Origin: an uncultured Spirochaetota bacterium
GTDB lineage: Bacteria > Spirochaetota > Spirochaetia > SZUA-6 > Fen-1364
Length of the DNA: 64,000 bases
NCBI GenBank assembly: GCA_963745235.1
Contig: CAVUXE010000033.1
Location: 1-64,000 of the forward strand
Direction of reading: 5' to 3'
Numbering within the stretch: position 1 is the stretch's first letter; every line of letters starts with the position of its first letter. Positions 8,824-20,224 of this stretch are shown here, piece after piece. The notes beneath the pieces are model-generated. The model was not told where the DNA came from and did not search any database. It was given only the letters and a program-made list of their open reading frames with translations. Made by a program: the position numbers and the translations under genes.

Positions 8824-10268
8824 CAGTACTTCATGCAGACCACGGACTGCTCGCTGTAGAAGTCCAGGCTGTACAGCCCTCCCTGCCTGCCGATCCCGCT
8901 TTCCTTCATGCCGCCGTACGGATAGCGCGGGTCCCGGAGGAACCACGTGTTGACCCAGGTGAGGCCGGCTTCGATGGCCTCCCCCACACGGAAGGCCCGC
9001 TTCACGTCGTTCGTCCAGACCGACGCGCTGAGGCCATACTTCGTGTCGTTTGCCTTGCTGATCACCTCTTCTTCCGTGTCAAACGGCTCCACGGTGACCA
9101 CGGGGCCGAAGACCTCCTCCTTCACGATGCGGCACTGGCCGTTCACCCCCGTGATGATGGTCGGCTCGATGAAGAACCCCCGGCTCATCCCCTTCGGCCT
9201 TCCGCCGCCTGCAAGGAACTTCCCTCCCTCTTTTCGTGCCAGCTCCAGGTAGCCGCTGACTCTCTCAAAATGCTCCTTGCTGATGAGGGCGCCGACCTTT
9301 GTGGCGGACTGCAGGGGATCCCCCACGACCTGCTCTTTCGTCTTTCCAAGGAGCTTCTCCATGAACTGGTCGTAGATGGGCCGCTGGACGTAGGCGCGCG
9401 ATCCGCTCAGGCAGATCTCCCCCTGGTTGAGGAAGCTCGCCCGCACGGTGGCGTCAACAACCTCATCGATGGAGCAATCCGAGAATGCGATGTTGGGATT
9501 CTTTCCCCCCAGCTCGAATGACACCTTTTTCAGGTTGCCGGATGCTGCCTGCATGATGGCCTTGCCCGTCGTTGTCTCACCCGTGAAGGCAACCGCGCCG
9601 ATCCCGGGATGCTTCGCGATGGCCTCACCCGCGGAGTCCTTTCCGAACCCGTGGACAACGTTCACCACCCCGTCGGGGAGGCCGGCCTCGGCGCAGATTT
9701 CGGCGAGCACCGTTGCCGTCATGGGCGTCCACTCCGCGGGCTTGAGGACCACGGTGTTGCCCATGGCAAGAGCGGGGGCAAGCTTTGCGCTGAGGAGCAG
9801 GAGCGGCAGGTTCCAGGGATTGATGAGGCCCACAACGCCGATGGGACGCCGCACCACGTAGTTCAGGGCGCCGGCCTCCATCGGGTAGGCCTCGGTCCCC
9901 ATCGTGGAGATCAGGCTCGCGTAGAATGAGTAGCTGCCCGCGGCGCGGGGAATGTCCACGTTCGTTGCGAGCCACAGGGGCTTCCCGGTATCCAGGCACT
10001 CCAGCATGGCAAGCTCGTCCTTGCGCTTGAGGATCAGGTCGCTGATCTTCCTCAGGAGCGCCGCGCGCTCGCTCACCTTCGAATGCTTCCAACCGCCGTC
10101 GAAGGCCTTGCGCGCGGCATTCACCGCAAGGTCGACCTCCGGCGCGCCGCCATCCGCCACTGTGCCAAGAGTCTCTTCCGTGGCCGGATTCACATTATCG
10201 AAAGTCCGGCCATTCAGGGATGGCACGGGCTTCCCGCCAATGAAATGCAGGCAATTCATTCTTTCCAT
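8823..10268 (-). CDS. Aldehyde dehydrogenase (2-hydroxymuconic-semialdehyde dehydrogenase-like)
   Basis: PWNLPLLL, FTGETTTG, FELGGKNP, NQGEICL, EEVFGPV, WVNTWFLRD. Confidence 0.9.
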   Translation of the reverse strand: MERMNCLHFIGGKPVPSLNGRTFDNVNPATEETLGTVADGGAPEVDLAVNAARKAFDGGWKHSKVSERAALLRKISDLILKRKDELAMLECLDTGKPLWLATNVDIPRAAGSYSFYASLISTMGTEAYPMEAGALNYVVRRPIGVVGLINPWNLPLLLLSAKLAPALAMGNTVVLKPAEWTPMTATVLAEICAEAGLPDGVVNVVHGFGKDSAGEAIAKHPGIGAVAFTGETTTGKAIMQAASGNLKKVSFELGGKNPNIAFSDCSIDEVVDATVRASFLNQGEICLSGSRAYVQRPIYDQFMEKLLGKTKEQVVGDPLQSATKVGALISKEHFERVSGYLELARKEGGKFLAGGGRPKGMSRGFFIEPTIITGVNGQCRIVKEEVFGPVVTVEPFDTEEEVISKANDTKYGLSASVWTNDVKRAFRVGEAIEAGLTWVNTWFLRDPRYPYGGMKESGIGRQGGLYSLDFYSEQSVVCMKY

Positions 10269-10386
10269 CAACAATAAGATCGGCTGCACGGAAAGGCTTG
10301 TCAATCGGGGCACCCCCATTCGTCCCGGCACGCCCTGCATTCTTGACTTTCATGGAACAGGTGATTAGGTTCTCGATTGAAGAGCC

Positions 10387-11636
10387 ATGGATCACAGCAT
10401 GCCCGGTTTTCTGCGTCGGGCTGAGCCACCATTCTGCGCCGGTGGAGCTGCTGGAGGCTCTGTCGCAGAGCGCCGAGGAGCTTCCCCGCCTTCTGCCGGT
10501 GCCGGCCGGCAGAGGTGGTGGTCCTTTCCACCTGCAACCGCTTCGAGGTTTTCGGCTCCCTGGCCACTCCTGACGCTCTCGAATCCACTGTCGCATTCTT
10601 CCTTCGGGCGGGAGTTTCCGGATCCATCCATCGCCTGACCGGGCGGGATGCCGCCCGGCGCCTCTACCGCATCGTGAGCGGTCTTGATTCCATGGTGCTA
10701 GGAGAGTCGCAGATCATCGGCCAGGTTGCCGCGGCCTACGCGGCCGCACAGACCGCCCGGCGCGCCGGGCCGCAGATGACGGCGCTCTTCCAGGGGGCAA
10801 TCCGCGCCGGCCGGCGCGCGCGCCGGGAGACGGAGATCGGCAGGAGCGCGTCCAGCATCAGCGCGGCAGCGGTCCGGCTTGCCGAGGAAAGCCTGGGAAG
10901 CCTGGCGGAAGCCCGCGTGCTCGTGCTCGGATCCGGCGAGATGGGGCGCCTGACTCTCCGGAGCCTGCAGGAGCGCGGCGTCGCGCATGTCGATGTCGCA
11001 AGCAGGCATATCGACAAGGCTGCGCGGGCAGCGGGTCGCTGGGGAGCAAAAGCGCACCTCATCAGCAGCCTGCCCTGCCTCCTGGAGGGCGCTGATGTCG
11101 TGATCAGCGCCACGAGCGCCTCGCGGCCTCTCATCACGGCAGACATGCTGTGCTCCGCGGTCCGTGAGCGCGCCGGGCGGCCCATCATCGTGGTGGACAT
11201 CGCCGTGCCTCGTGACGTGGAGCCCGCCGCGGGACAGGTGCCCGGCGTTCGTCTCTACGACCTGGACTCGCTCAAAGGCCGGGACGAGACCGGTGAAAGC
11301 CTGCGCCTGCGCGAGGTGCCGCGCGTGGAGCGGATCATTGAAGAAGAGCTGGATGCCCTTTCCATTGCCATGGAAGAAAACTCCCTGCGGCCCCTGATCG
11401 GGTCCCTGTGGCTGAAGGCCTCTTCCATCCGCCAGGAAGTGCTTGACCACACCCGCGCACGCATTCCGAATCTCGATGAAGCATCCTGGGCACATGTCGA
11501 GAACCTGGCGCGCGCCCTGGTCAACAAGCTTCTTCATGACCCGGCCACCCGTCTTCGCAGGGAGGCGGGAAATGGCCATGCCAGAGACTACGCCGAGGCC
11601 CTGCGGTACCTCTTCGACCTGGACAAGCGCTCATGA
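10387..11636 (+). CDS. hemA: Glutamyl-tRNA reductase (frameshifts in first ~130 nt)
   Basis: VGLSHHSAPVE (other frame), LSTCNRFE, SGLDSMVLGESQIIGQV, GSGEMG, DIAVPRDVE. Confidence 0.92.
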
Positions 11637-13318
11637 CCGTGCGGCTCGGGACCAGGTCCTCGAAGCTCGCGCTGTGGCAGACTGCCTTCGTGGCGCAGAG
11701 ACTGCAGGCGGCCCGGCCGGGGATTGACTGCCGGGTGGTGCACATTTCCACCCACGGAGACGAGAACCAGGACCGGCCGCTTCCCGAGATCGGCGGCAAA
11801 GGGCTGTTCACGGAGAAGATCGAGGAATCGCTGCGGGCGCGCCAGATCGACGCCGCGGTGCACTCTTTGAAAGACCTCCCCGTGGATGACTCTCCGGGAC
11901 TTACAATTGCGGCGGTGCTCGCCAGGGAGGAACCGCGAGACGTCGTGGTCTCCCGGGACGGGCGGGGGCTCTCCGCGCTGCCGGCCGGCGCGGTCATCGG
12001 GACCAGCAGCACGCGCAGGGAGGCCCAGCTTCGGGCGCTTCGTCCTGACCTGACGGTGAAACCCATCCGCGGGAACGTGGAGACCAGGATCGCCAAGGTG
12101 GACGCTGGCCACTATGACGCCACCATCGTCGCAGGCGCGGGAGTCATGCGGCTCGGGCTTGCTCACAGGGTGAGCGAATGGGTCGGGATGGACCGCTGCA
12201 TGCCGGCGCCCGGCCAGGGAGCCCTTGCCGTCCAGTGCCGGGCTGATGACAAAGACTTGCTCAGGCTCCTTGCCCTCGTTGACGACAGCGTGCTTCGACG
12301 CGCCACGGACGCGGAGCGCGAGTTTCTTCGGTGCCTGGGCGGAGGGTGCGCGGCGCCGGTAGCCGCGTACGCGACTGTCCCGGAACAGGGGGGCAGGGTC
12401 TCACTCAAGGGCCGCGTGATCTCCCTGGATGGACGGCAGGCAATCGACGTGGAAGGTGAGGGCAAGGATCCGCGCGCGCTTGCCCGGCGGCTCGCGGATG
12501 AGGCCATGTCTGCCGGGGCCGGCAGGGTCCTGGCCGCGGAGCGCATGCCGCTGAAGGGCAGGCGCGTGCTCGTGACGCGACCGCGGGAGCAGGCAGGTGA
12601 TCTGCTTGCCCTCCTGTCCGAGCGGGGGGCCGTTCCCGTTGCGCTCCCTCTCATCAGGATCGAGCGGGCAGGAAACACCTCTCAGCTGCAGGCCGCGCGG
12701 GATGCGCTGTCGTCGTACGACTGGATCCTCTTCACGAGCGCGAACGGGGTCCAGCACTTTTTCGGCAATTTCCCCGATCTTCGGCTGTCACAGAAGGCGG
12801 CGGCCGTGGGTCCGGCAACCGCTGACGCCTTGCGGGCTCGCGGCATCCAGCCGGCATTTGTGCCATCAGAGCACACCGGCGCCGCGCTGGCCCGGGGGCT
12901 CCGGGAGCGAACAGGCGCTGCCGTTGCCTCGCTGCGTGTGCTTCTGCCGTGCGCCGTGGAGCATGGCGAGGATGCAGCCCGGGATCTGCGCGCCGCCGGC
13001 GCGCGCGTGGACGAGCTGCCCGTGTACAGGACGGTGGCGGAGGAGCCCGGTCCCGAGGAGCTTGCATCCATCGAGAATGGCTTTGACGCTGTCCTTTTTC
13101 TCAGCGGCTCCGCCGTCCGCTCCTTTCGCGCTTTTGCGGACAAGACCCCGGCGCTTGCCGCCCGGCTCTCGGGAGCCATTGTGGGATGCATTGGTCCTTC
13201 CACCGCGGACTGCGCGCGTGAGGCCGGGATGAAAGTGGACGTCGTGCCGGCGGAGCACTCAATGCAGGCCCTGGTCGACGGCCTGGAAGAAAGGTTTCGC
13301 TCATGGACAAGCTCGTGA
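11633..13318 (+). CDS. hemC: Fused hydroxymethylbilane synthase / uroporphyrinogen-III synthase (HemC-HemD)
   Basis: [32 protein letters not shown] and LGGGC, then in the same frame [24 protein letters not shown] and CIGPST. Confidence 0.92.
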   Translation: MTVRLGTRSSKLALWQTAFVAQRLQAARPGIDCRVVHISTHGDENQDRPLPEIGGKGLFTEKIEESLRARQIDAAVHSLKDLPVDDSPGLTIAAVLAREEPRDVVVSRDGRGLSALPAGAVIGTSSTRREAQLRALRPDLTVKPIRGNVETRIAKVDAGHYDATIVAGAGVMRLGLAHRVSEWVGMDRCMPAPGQGALAVQCRADDKDLLRLLALVDDSVLRRATDAEREFLRCLGGGCAAPVAAYATVPEQGGRVSLKGRVISLDGRQAIDVEGEGKDPRALARRLADEAMSAGAGRVLAAERMPLKGRRVLVTRPREQAGDLLALLSERGAVPVALPLIRIERAGNTSQLQAARDALSSYDWILFTSANGVQHFFGNFPDLRLSQKAAAVGPATADALRARGIQPAFVPSEHTGAALARGLRERTGAAVASLRVLLPCAVEHGEDAARDLRAAGARVDELPVYRTVAEEPGPEELASIENGFDAVLFLSGSAVRSFRAFADKTPALAARLSGAIVGCIGPSTADCAREAGMKVDVVPAEHSMQALVDGLEERFRSWTSS

Positions 13319-14346
13319 CTGACAGGCTCACCGTTGCGGGGGCCGCGCGGCCGCGGAGGCTTCGAACCCACGCCTCGCTTCGCGCAATGGTGCGGGAGAC
13401 CTCTCTCACACCGGAAGACCTCATCTATCCCTTGTTCGTCACGCAGGGAAGGAGCGTGCGAAATCCAGTTGCCTCCATGCCGGGGGTCTTCCAGGTTTCG
13501 GTTGACCTCCTTGCGGCGGAGGCGCGGGAAGCTGCGGCATTGGGAATCCCGTCCATCCTGCTCTTCGGCATACCCGCGCACAAGGATCCCGAGGGGTCTG
13601 AGAGCCACGCGAAAGACGGGATCATCCAGCGGGCGCTGCGGGAGCTCAAGGACGCGGACACCGGGCTGCTCCTTGTTACGGACGTCTGCCTGTGCGAATA
13701 CACGGACCACGGCCACTGCGGGATCCTCAATTCCGGCGGCGCGGGGAGGCCCGTCCCTTCCCTCCCGGAAGGCTACCTCCTGAATGACGAGACCCTGAGC
13801 GTGCTGGCGCGCATTTCACTTTCGCACGCGGAGGCGGGTGCCGACATCGTTGCTCCCAGCGGAATGATTGACGGGATGGTGGGGGCAATCCGCGGGGCCC
13901 TGGACCATGGCGGCTATCCCGTCATGCCAATCATGTCGTACGCGGTGAAGTACTCTTCATCTTTTTACGGTCCTTTTCGGGAGGCCGCCCAGGGGGCGCC
14001 CCGGTTCGGGGACCGCAAGAGCCACCAGATGGACCCGGCGAACGTGCGCGAGGCCCTGAAAGAAGCGGAGATCGACATCCGGGAGGGCGCGGACTTCCTG
14101 ATGGTCAAACCTGCCTTGCCGTACCTGGACGTGATTCGGGCCGTGCATGAGCGCTTCAACGACCACCCCCTGGTCGCATACAACGTGAGCGGAGAGTACG
14201 CGATGGTGAAAGCGGCGGCCGCAAACGGCTGGATCGATGAAAGGGCCGCCACCCTGGAGGTGCTGACGGGGATCCGGCGGGCTGGGGCGGACCTGATCAT
14301 CAGCTACCATGCGAAAGAGGCGGCGAGATGGCTGACGGGAGTGTGA
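13303..14346 (+). CDS. hemB: Porphobilinogen synthase
   Basis: [14 protein letters not shown] zinc site, [21 protein letters not shown]. Confidence 0.96.
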   Translation: MDKLVTDRLTVAGAARPRRLRTHASLRAMVRETSLTPEDLIYPLFVTQGRSVRNPVASMPGVFQVSVDLLAAEAREAAALGIPSILLFGIPAHKDPEGSESHAKDGIIQRALRELKDADTGLLLVTDVCLCEYTDHGHCGILNSGGAGRPVPSLPEGYLLNDETLSVLARISLSHAEAGADIVAPSGMIDGMVGAIRGALDHGGYPVMPIMSYAVKYSSSFYGPFREAAQGAPRFGDRKSHQMDPANVREALKEAEIDIREGADFLMVKPALPYLDVIRAVHERFNDHPLVAYNVSGEYAMVKAAAANGWIDERAATLEVLTGIRRAGADLIISYHAKEAARWLTGV

Positions 14347-15054
14347 CCCGGGATCGGACGATGATCGCCGACAAGGGGCGGTCGAAGACAGGGGAGACCC
14401 TGTATTCGAACCGGCGCCTTTTTGTTCAGCTCCTTGCTTATGGCGGGTGCCAGGACGCCGGGGCGGTTGCCGCGGCCCTCCGGGAAGCGCGCCTGCCAGC
14501 CGTCCTGTATGAAGACGTGAACGATCCCCGGGGTATTGCCCTGCTCTCCTTCAGCGAGAGCCCGGATTTCTTCCTGGATACCGTGCGGCCGCTCGTCAAG
14601 GGAGGGGCGTTCAGCGGGCTTGTCCCGAAGCCGCACTACACCATGCTTGGCAGGACGTATTCCATGGGCTGGGAGTCCGACCTGGAGGAGACCCTCATCG
14701 AGCGGCCGCGCAACAGGCTCTGCGATCCCGCGCTGCGCTGGGCCGTGTGGTATCCCCTTCGAAGGTCGCGGCAGCTTCGAGCAGCTGGAGGAGAAGGAGC
14801 AGCGCGCCGTCCTGGCGGAGCACGGGAGCGTGGGACAATCCTTCGGCAGGGCGGGCATTGCCCATGACATCCGCCTGGCCTGCCACGGCCTCAACACGGA
14901 AGACAACGACTTCGTCATCGGTGTGCTCTCAGACGAGCTGCACGCGCTCTCCGCAATCGTCCAGCGCATGCGCAAGACGCGGCAGACGTCGCTGTACCTC
15001 GAGCGGCTCGGTCCCTTCTTCGTCGGCAGGGCGCTCTGGCAGGCGGGGCCGTGA
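14343..15054 (+). CDS. hemQ: Chlorite dismutase-like protein, probable coproheme decarboxylase ChdC/HemQ (frameshift near 14765)
   Basis: WAVWYPLRR, then in the next frame [10 protein letters not shown] (proximal His), DNDFVIG and GPFFVGR. Located within the hem operon. Confidence 0.75.
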
Positions 15055-16127
15055 CGGGCGGGGCCGCCGCGGTTTCCCCGCAGGACGCGCTGGCCTCCTC
15101 CGCAATCCTGAGGGCCATTCACGGTCAACCGACCAGGGCAACGCCTGTCTGGCTCATGCGCCAGGCGGGCCGCTACCTGCCCGAGTACAGGGCAATCCGT
15201 GAGAGCCACTCCATGCTGGACCTGATCGGCAACCCGGAGCTTTCCGCGCGGGTCACCCTGCAGCCTCTCCAGCGGTTCGACCTGGATGCCGCAATCATCT
15301 TCTCCGACATCCTTCCGCCCCTTGCCGGCATGGGGCTGCGCATCCGGTTCGATTCCGATTCCGGACCGGTTGTGGAGAATCCGATCCGTTCCACGCGGGA
15401 CATCGACATGCTTGCGGTTCCTCCAGCCGGGGAGACCCTCGGATCAACACTGGAGGCAATCCGCATCGCCAGCGCCGAGCTTGCGCCGCGGGGCGTCCCG
15501 CTCCTGGGGTTTGCCGCCGCTCCCTTTACGCTGGCAAGCTACGCAATCGAAGGCGGTGGATCGAAGACGTACGCAAAGACGAAGCTGCTCATGTACAGGG
15601 AGCCCGCCGCCTGGGAACGCTTGATGCGCAAGCTGACCGCGGTGCTTGCGGATTTCCTGGTGGCGCAGGCCCGGGCGGGGGCTTCGGTCGTCCAGGTGTT
15701 CGACTCCTGGGCGGGGATTGCGCTTGGCAGGGATGACTACCTGCGCTTCGTCCAGCCGCACACCATGAAGCTCTTCGCGGCGCTGAAGGACGCGGGCGTC
15801 CCTGCAATCAACTTCAGCACGGGGACCGCGGCCTTCATCGAGGAGGTCGCCGAGGCCGGTGGGGACATGATCGGGGTGGACTGGCGCCTGCCCCTGGATG
15901 CCTTCTGGGAGAGGATCGGCTTCCACCGTCCCATCCAGGGGAACCTCGATCCGGCGGCGCTCCTTGCGCCGTGGCGCGAGCTTCGACCTCGCATCGACGC
16001 CGTCCTGGACCAGGCGGGCGGCCGGCCGGGGCACATATTCAACCTCGGCCACGGCGTGCTTCCCGATACATCTCCTGATGCCGTGAAGCGCCTTGTGGAC
16101 TACGTCCACGAGCGGGGAGACAGATGA
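15051..16127 (+). CDS. hemE: Uroporphyrinogen decarboxylase
   Basis: PVWLMRQAGRYLPEY, FSDIL, QGNLDP, FNLGHG. Confidence 0.96.
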   Translation: MTGGAAAVSPQDALASSAILRAIHGQPTRATPVWLMRQAGRYLPEYRAIRESHSMLDLIGNPELSARVTLQPLQRFDLDAAIIFSDILPPLAGMGLRIRFDSDSGPVVENPIRSTRDIDMLAVPPAGETLGSTLEAIRIASAELAPRGVPLLGFAAAPFTLASYAIEGGGSKTYAKTKLLMYREPAAWERLMRKLTAVLADFLVAQARAGASVVQVFDSWAGIALGRDDYLRFVQPHTMKLFAALKDAGVPAINFSTGTAAFIEEVAEAGGDMIGVDWRLPLDAFWERIGFHRPIQGNLDPAALLAPWRELRPRIDAVLDQAGGRPGHIFNLGHGVLPDTSPDAVKRLVDYVHERGDR

Positions 16128-17051
16128 GCGCCTCCCAGCCTCGCACGGGAGTGCTCGTCATGGCGTACGGCGGCCCGTCCCGCCTGGAGGAGATCCCCGG
16201 CTACCTTGCGGACATCCGGTCCGGCAGGCCCACTCCGCGTTCGGTCGTTGATGAAATCACGGAGCACTACAGGCAGATCGGCGGCCGCTCACCGATTCTC
16301 GACATGAGCCGCCGGCAGGCCGCGGCGCTGGAGGCGGCTCTCGGTCCTGAGAGGTTCTTCTGCCGCGTCGGCATGCGTCACTGGTCTCCCTGGATCGAGG
16401 AGGTGGTCGGAGAAATGGAGGAAGAAGGGATCCGCAGTGCCGTCGGGGTTGTCCTTGCTCCTCACTACAGCAGGATGAATACGGAGCGCTACTTCAGCAA
16501 GGTGGAGGACGGCCGCAGGCTCTACCGGGCGGCAATCGAGTTTGCTTACGTCAAGAGCTATCATGATTCGCCTGCGCTCATCTGAAGCACTGGCCCGCCG
16601 GGTAGAGACAGGCCTCGGCCGCTGGCCGCAGGGCGAGCGCGGGAAAGTCCACGTCGTGTTCAGCGCGCACAGCCTTCCTGCGCGAACCCTGCGCGAGGGG
16701 GATCCCTACGACGCCCAGGTCCGGGAAACCGCGGCCCGTGTCGCAAAGCGCGCCGGCCTGGCGGATGAGCGCTGGTCCTGGAGCTACCAGTCCGCGGGAA
16801 AAAGCCCTGAGCCGTGGCTGGGCCCTCAACTGGAGGACCACATCCCGGCGCTCGCGCAGCGCGGGATCCGGGACATCGTGAGCGTTCCGGTGGGATTCGT
16901 TGCCGACCACGTGGAGGTCCTCTACGACATCGATATCGAGGCGAAGGCCGCCGCGGAGAAGGCGGGGGTGCGCCTGGAACGGCCTCCTGCGCTGAACGAT
17001 GATCCCCTGTTCATCCAGGCCCTTGCTGACGCGGTGAGAGCTGCACTGTGA
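16124..17051 (+). CDS. hemH: Ferrochelatase, probably coproporphyrin ferrochelatase CpfC (frameshift near 16582)
   Basis: VLVMAYGGP, YRQIGGRSP, LAPHYS; then FSAHSLP, GDPY, WLGP, GFVADHVEVLYDID. Confidence 0.93.
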
Positions 17052-17080
17052 GGGCTGCGCTGTGAGAGCCGCGCTGTGAG
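17034..17080 (+). repeat. 14-bp tandem repeat (GTGAG.GC.GC.CT x3 + GTGAG) spanning the hemH stop and hemY start
   Basis: GTGAGAGCTGCACT / GTGAGGGCTGCGCT / GTGAGAGCCGCGCT / GTGAG. Confidence 0.85.
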
Positions 17081-18434
17081 TCGCCTTCTCGTCATCGGGG
17101 GCGGCATCGCGGGCCTGTCTGCCGCCCGGCGCGCCCGGTCTCTCTCTGAAGAGGTGGAGGTGACGGTCCTGGAAAGGGAAGCCCGGCTCGGGGGAAAGAT
17201 CCTGACCGAGCATCAGGGGGGCTTTGTCCTGGACGCGGGGGCGGACGGTTTTCTTTCGCGAAAGCCGGCAGGCGTCGGCTTATGCGAGGAGCTCGGGATC
17301 ACCGCCATGCTCCGCGGGCAAGTGCCTCGAACGAGCCGGTCCTTCGTGATGCGTGCCCACAAGCTTCACCCGCTGCCGCAAGGGTTCTCCGGCCTCGTGC
17401 CCGCGAACCTTCAGGCGTTGCAGGACACGCCGCTCCTGTCCGAGGCGGGCAAGCTGAAGGCAATGGAAGAGCCATCCGTTCCGCCTCGGCGCGACCGCGG
17501 CGACGAATCGGTGTCACAGTTCATGACGCGACGGTTCGGGAGCGAGGCATTCGAAGCTCTCATCGAACCGCTCCTCGCCGGCATCTACGCCGGGGACGCG
17601 TCCTGCCTGAGCATGGTGGCCACGTTCCCCAACCTGCGGGAGCTGGAGCAGCGGCAGGGAAGCTTGCTTGCCGGCTTGCAGCGCCAGGAGACGGCCCCCC
17701 TGCGTGGCTCAGCATTCGTGAGCTTTCCGCGCGGCGTCGGAGAGCTTGTGGACGCCTTGCGCGAAAACCTCCGGTCTGCCCGTGTCCGGGTGGTCACCGG
17801 AGCCGAGACGACTGCGGTCAGGCGGCGGGGCGGCCTCTGGCGCGTCGAGCTCTCGGATGGGGCGGTCATCGATGCGGAGGCGGTCATCCTCGCGGTCCCA
17901 TCCGGCGGGGCAGCCCGCCTCCTTGATGGAGTGGATTCCGAGCTGAGCGTGGCTCTCGGTGCCATCCCGTGCACATCCACGGCCGTCATTCACCTCGGAT
18001 TCCGCCGCGCCGACGTTGCGAATGACCTGGACGGCTACGGATACGTGATCCCGCGCAGGGAGGGAAGCGATCTCCGCGCGTGCACGTGGACCTCCAGCAA
18101 GTGGGAGGGCCGCGCACCGCAGGGCATGGTGCTGGTGCGCTTGTACTCGCGAAGGCTGGGAAGCGACAAGGACCTGGAGGCACTGGCCCGAGCGGAGCTT
18201 CGAGACACGATGGGGATTGCCGCGACACCGGAGCTTACCCGCATATTTCGCTGGCCGGATGCCATGCCGCAGTACACACTCGATCATCCACGGCGGCTGG
18301 AGACAATCCAGGCGCACTGCGCCGCGCTTGAAGGTCTTTTCCTTGCCGGCGCATCATATCGAGGGGTCGGCATCCCCGACTGCATAGAATCAGGCTTTCA
18401 GGCGGGCGCCGCCGCAATGGAGCACATGAGATGA
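17076..18434 (+). CDS. hemY: HemY-type copro/protoporphyrinogen oxidase (CgoX)
   Basis: [38 protein letters not shown]. Confidence 0.92.
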   Translation: MSRLLVIGGGIAGLSAARRARSLSEEVEVTVLEREARLGGKILTEHQGGFVLDAGADGFLSRKPAGVGLCEELGITAMLRGQVPRTSRSFVMRAHKLHPLPQGFSGLVPANLQALQDTPLLSEAGKLKAMEEPSVPPRRDRGDESVSQFMTRRFGSEAFEALIEPLLAGIYAGDASCLSMVATFPNLRELEQRQGSLLAGLQRQETAPLRGSAFVSFPRGVGELVDALRENLRSARVRVVTGAETTAVRRRGGLWRVELSDGAVIDAEAVILAVPSGGAARLLDGVDSELSVALGAIPCTSTAVIHLGFRRADVANDLDGYGYVIPRREGSDLRACTWTSSKWEGRAPQGMVLVRLYSRRLGSDKDLEALARAELRDTMGIAATPELTRIFRWPDAMPQYTLDHPRRLETIQAHCAALEGLFLAGASYRGVGIPDCIESGFQAGAAAMEHMR

Positions 18435-19754
18435 GAGACAGAGAGACCGGCAAATCGGAGGCGCTGTTCGCGGAAGCCACGCAGCTGCTTCCCGGCGGAG
18501 TGGATTCGCCGGTTCGCGCCTTTCGCGCCGTGGGGGGGAAGCCCCTTTTCATCGAGCGCGGGAGTGGGCCGTACCTGTGGGACGTTGACGGCAACGCCTA
18601 CATCGACTATGTCCTCTCCTGGGGTCCCCTGGTCCTTGGCCATGCCCACCCGCGCGTGGTGGCGGCGCTTGCCGCCGCGGCGGAGCGGGGCACCAGCTTC
18701 GGCGCCCCGTCGCCGCTGGAGCTGGACCTGGCCCGGCTCATCCGCGGGCTCATGCCTCGCATCGAGATGATCCGGTTCGTCAACTCCGGCACGGAAGCGG
18801 TGATGAGCGCGCTGCGCCTGGCCCGGGCGTTCACGCGACGGGACAAGATCGTGAAGTTCACCGGCAACTATCACGGCCACGCCGACATGCTCCTCGTCCA
18901 GGCCGGGTCCGGCGTCGCCACCCTCGGGCTGCCCGATTCCCCCGGCGTGCCCCCGAGCCGCGACAGCGGACACTCTTTCATGCCCGTACAATGACCTGTC
19001 GGCCCTCGAGGCGCTCTTCCAGTCCAACCGGGGGAAGATCGCGGCGGTCATTCTTGAGCCGGTCTGCGGAAACATGGGAGTCGTGCCGCCGCGTGAAGGG
19101 TTCCTCAAGGGGGTCCGCGAGCTGACGGCAGGCGAGGGAGCGCTCCTGGTGTTCGACGAGGTGATGACCGGTTTCCGCGTGCACCTGGGAGGGGCGCAGG
19201 CCCTCTACGGGGTTGACCCGGACCTCACGACGCTCGGGAAGGTGATCGGCGGGGGCCTGCCGGTGGGGGCATACGGGGGACGGCGGGACATCATGGAGCT
19301 GGTGGCGCCCGCGGGTCCCGTGTACCAGGCGGGCACCCTGTCGGGAAACCCGCTGGCCATGAGCGCCGGGATTGAAACGCTGAAGGAGCTTTCGCACCCC
19401 GGGGTCTGGGAGAGGCTTGCCGATACGACCCGGAGGATTGCAGACGGTCTTTCATCTCTTGCCCGGTCAAAGAAGGTCCCGGTCTCCATGGCGTGCGTCG
19501 GCTCCATGTTCGGTCTCTTCTTCACCGGCGGTCCAGTCCATGACTGGGAAAGCGCGAAGAAATCCGACACGGTGAGGTTCGGTGACTTTTTCCGCGTCAT
19601 GCTGTCGGAGGGCGTCTACCTTGCCCCTTCCCAGTTCGAGGCGGCCTTCGTCTCCACCGCCCACGGGACGGCACAGGTCGGCGAAACCCTGGCCGCGGCT
19701 GAAAAGGCGTTTACGGCTGTCTCGAAGAGTAGTAGCGATTCAGGAAAGCCATGA
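18431..19754 (+). CDS. hemL: Glutamate-1-semialdehyde 2,1-aminomutase (frameshift near 18960)
   Basis: [25 protein letters not shown]; [34 protein letters not shown]. Confidence 0.95.
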
Positions 19755-20076
19755 CGTCTTCCCGGGAGCGGAACACTTCTCGCACGTAGCCCGCTGACCA
19801 TGTTTGGGGCGGAGTGAGATCCAGCGCGGCGAAACGGATCAAAGCTTCCCTCGTCATGAAGGAAAGATCGGGAGGCAGGGGATCGTCTCCCTTGAGGCAT
19901 TCGAATTGGTTGAATGCCGCAAGGACCCTGTCGTCGAAGGCCACCGCATGCGTATCCAAGTCCACTGTAAAGGCTGGATTCGCGTCGCTGTCCACGAAGG
20001 TCACACATTCCGCGCTGATGGATTGGGCGGCAATCACAAGAGCGATCAATAGGATTGATTTTTTCATCTTGGACAT
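19711..20076 (-). CDS. Hypothetical secreted protein
   Basis: [19 protein letters not shown] signal-like N-terminus; no recognised domain. Confidence 0.55.
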   Translation of the reverse strand: MSKMKKSILLIALVIAAQSISAECVTFVDSDANPAFTVDLDTHAVAFDDRVLAAFNQFECLKGDDPLPPDLSFMTREALIRFAALDLTPPQTWSAGYVREVFRSREDVMAFLNRYYSSRQP

Positions 20077-20224
20077 TAGTCATGCAAAAACCGAGCCATC
20101 CTGTCGCTTCGTTAGCTGAGTTACTAACGCTCCAAGCTTGTATGATCGAGCTTCAATCGCGGTCTTATCCTGTTCGAGGTGTTCCTCACCTGGAACACCC
20201 ATGGAACATTCTCCCCAGAAGGAG

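Noticed and set aside
14343-15054. Chlorite dismutase for perchlorate respiration
   Set aside because: It is embedded in a hem operon with hemY/hemH, has no signal peptide, and no pcr genes are present; ChdC is more parsimonious.
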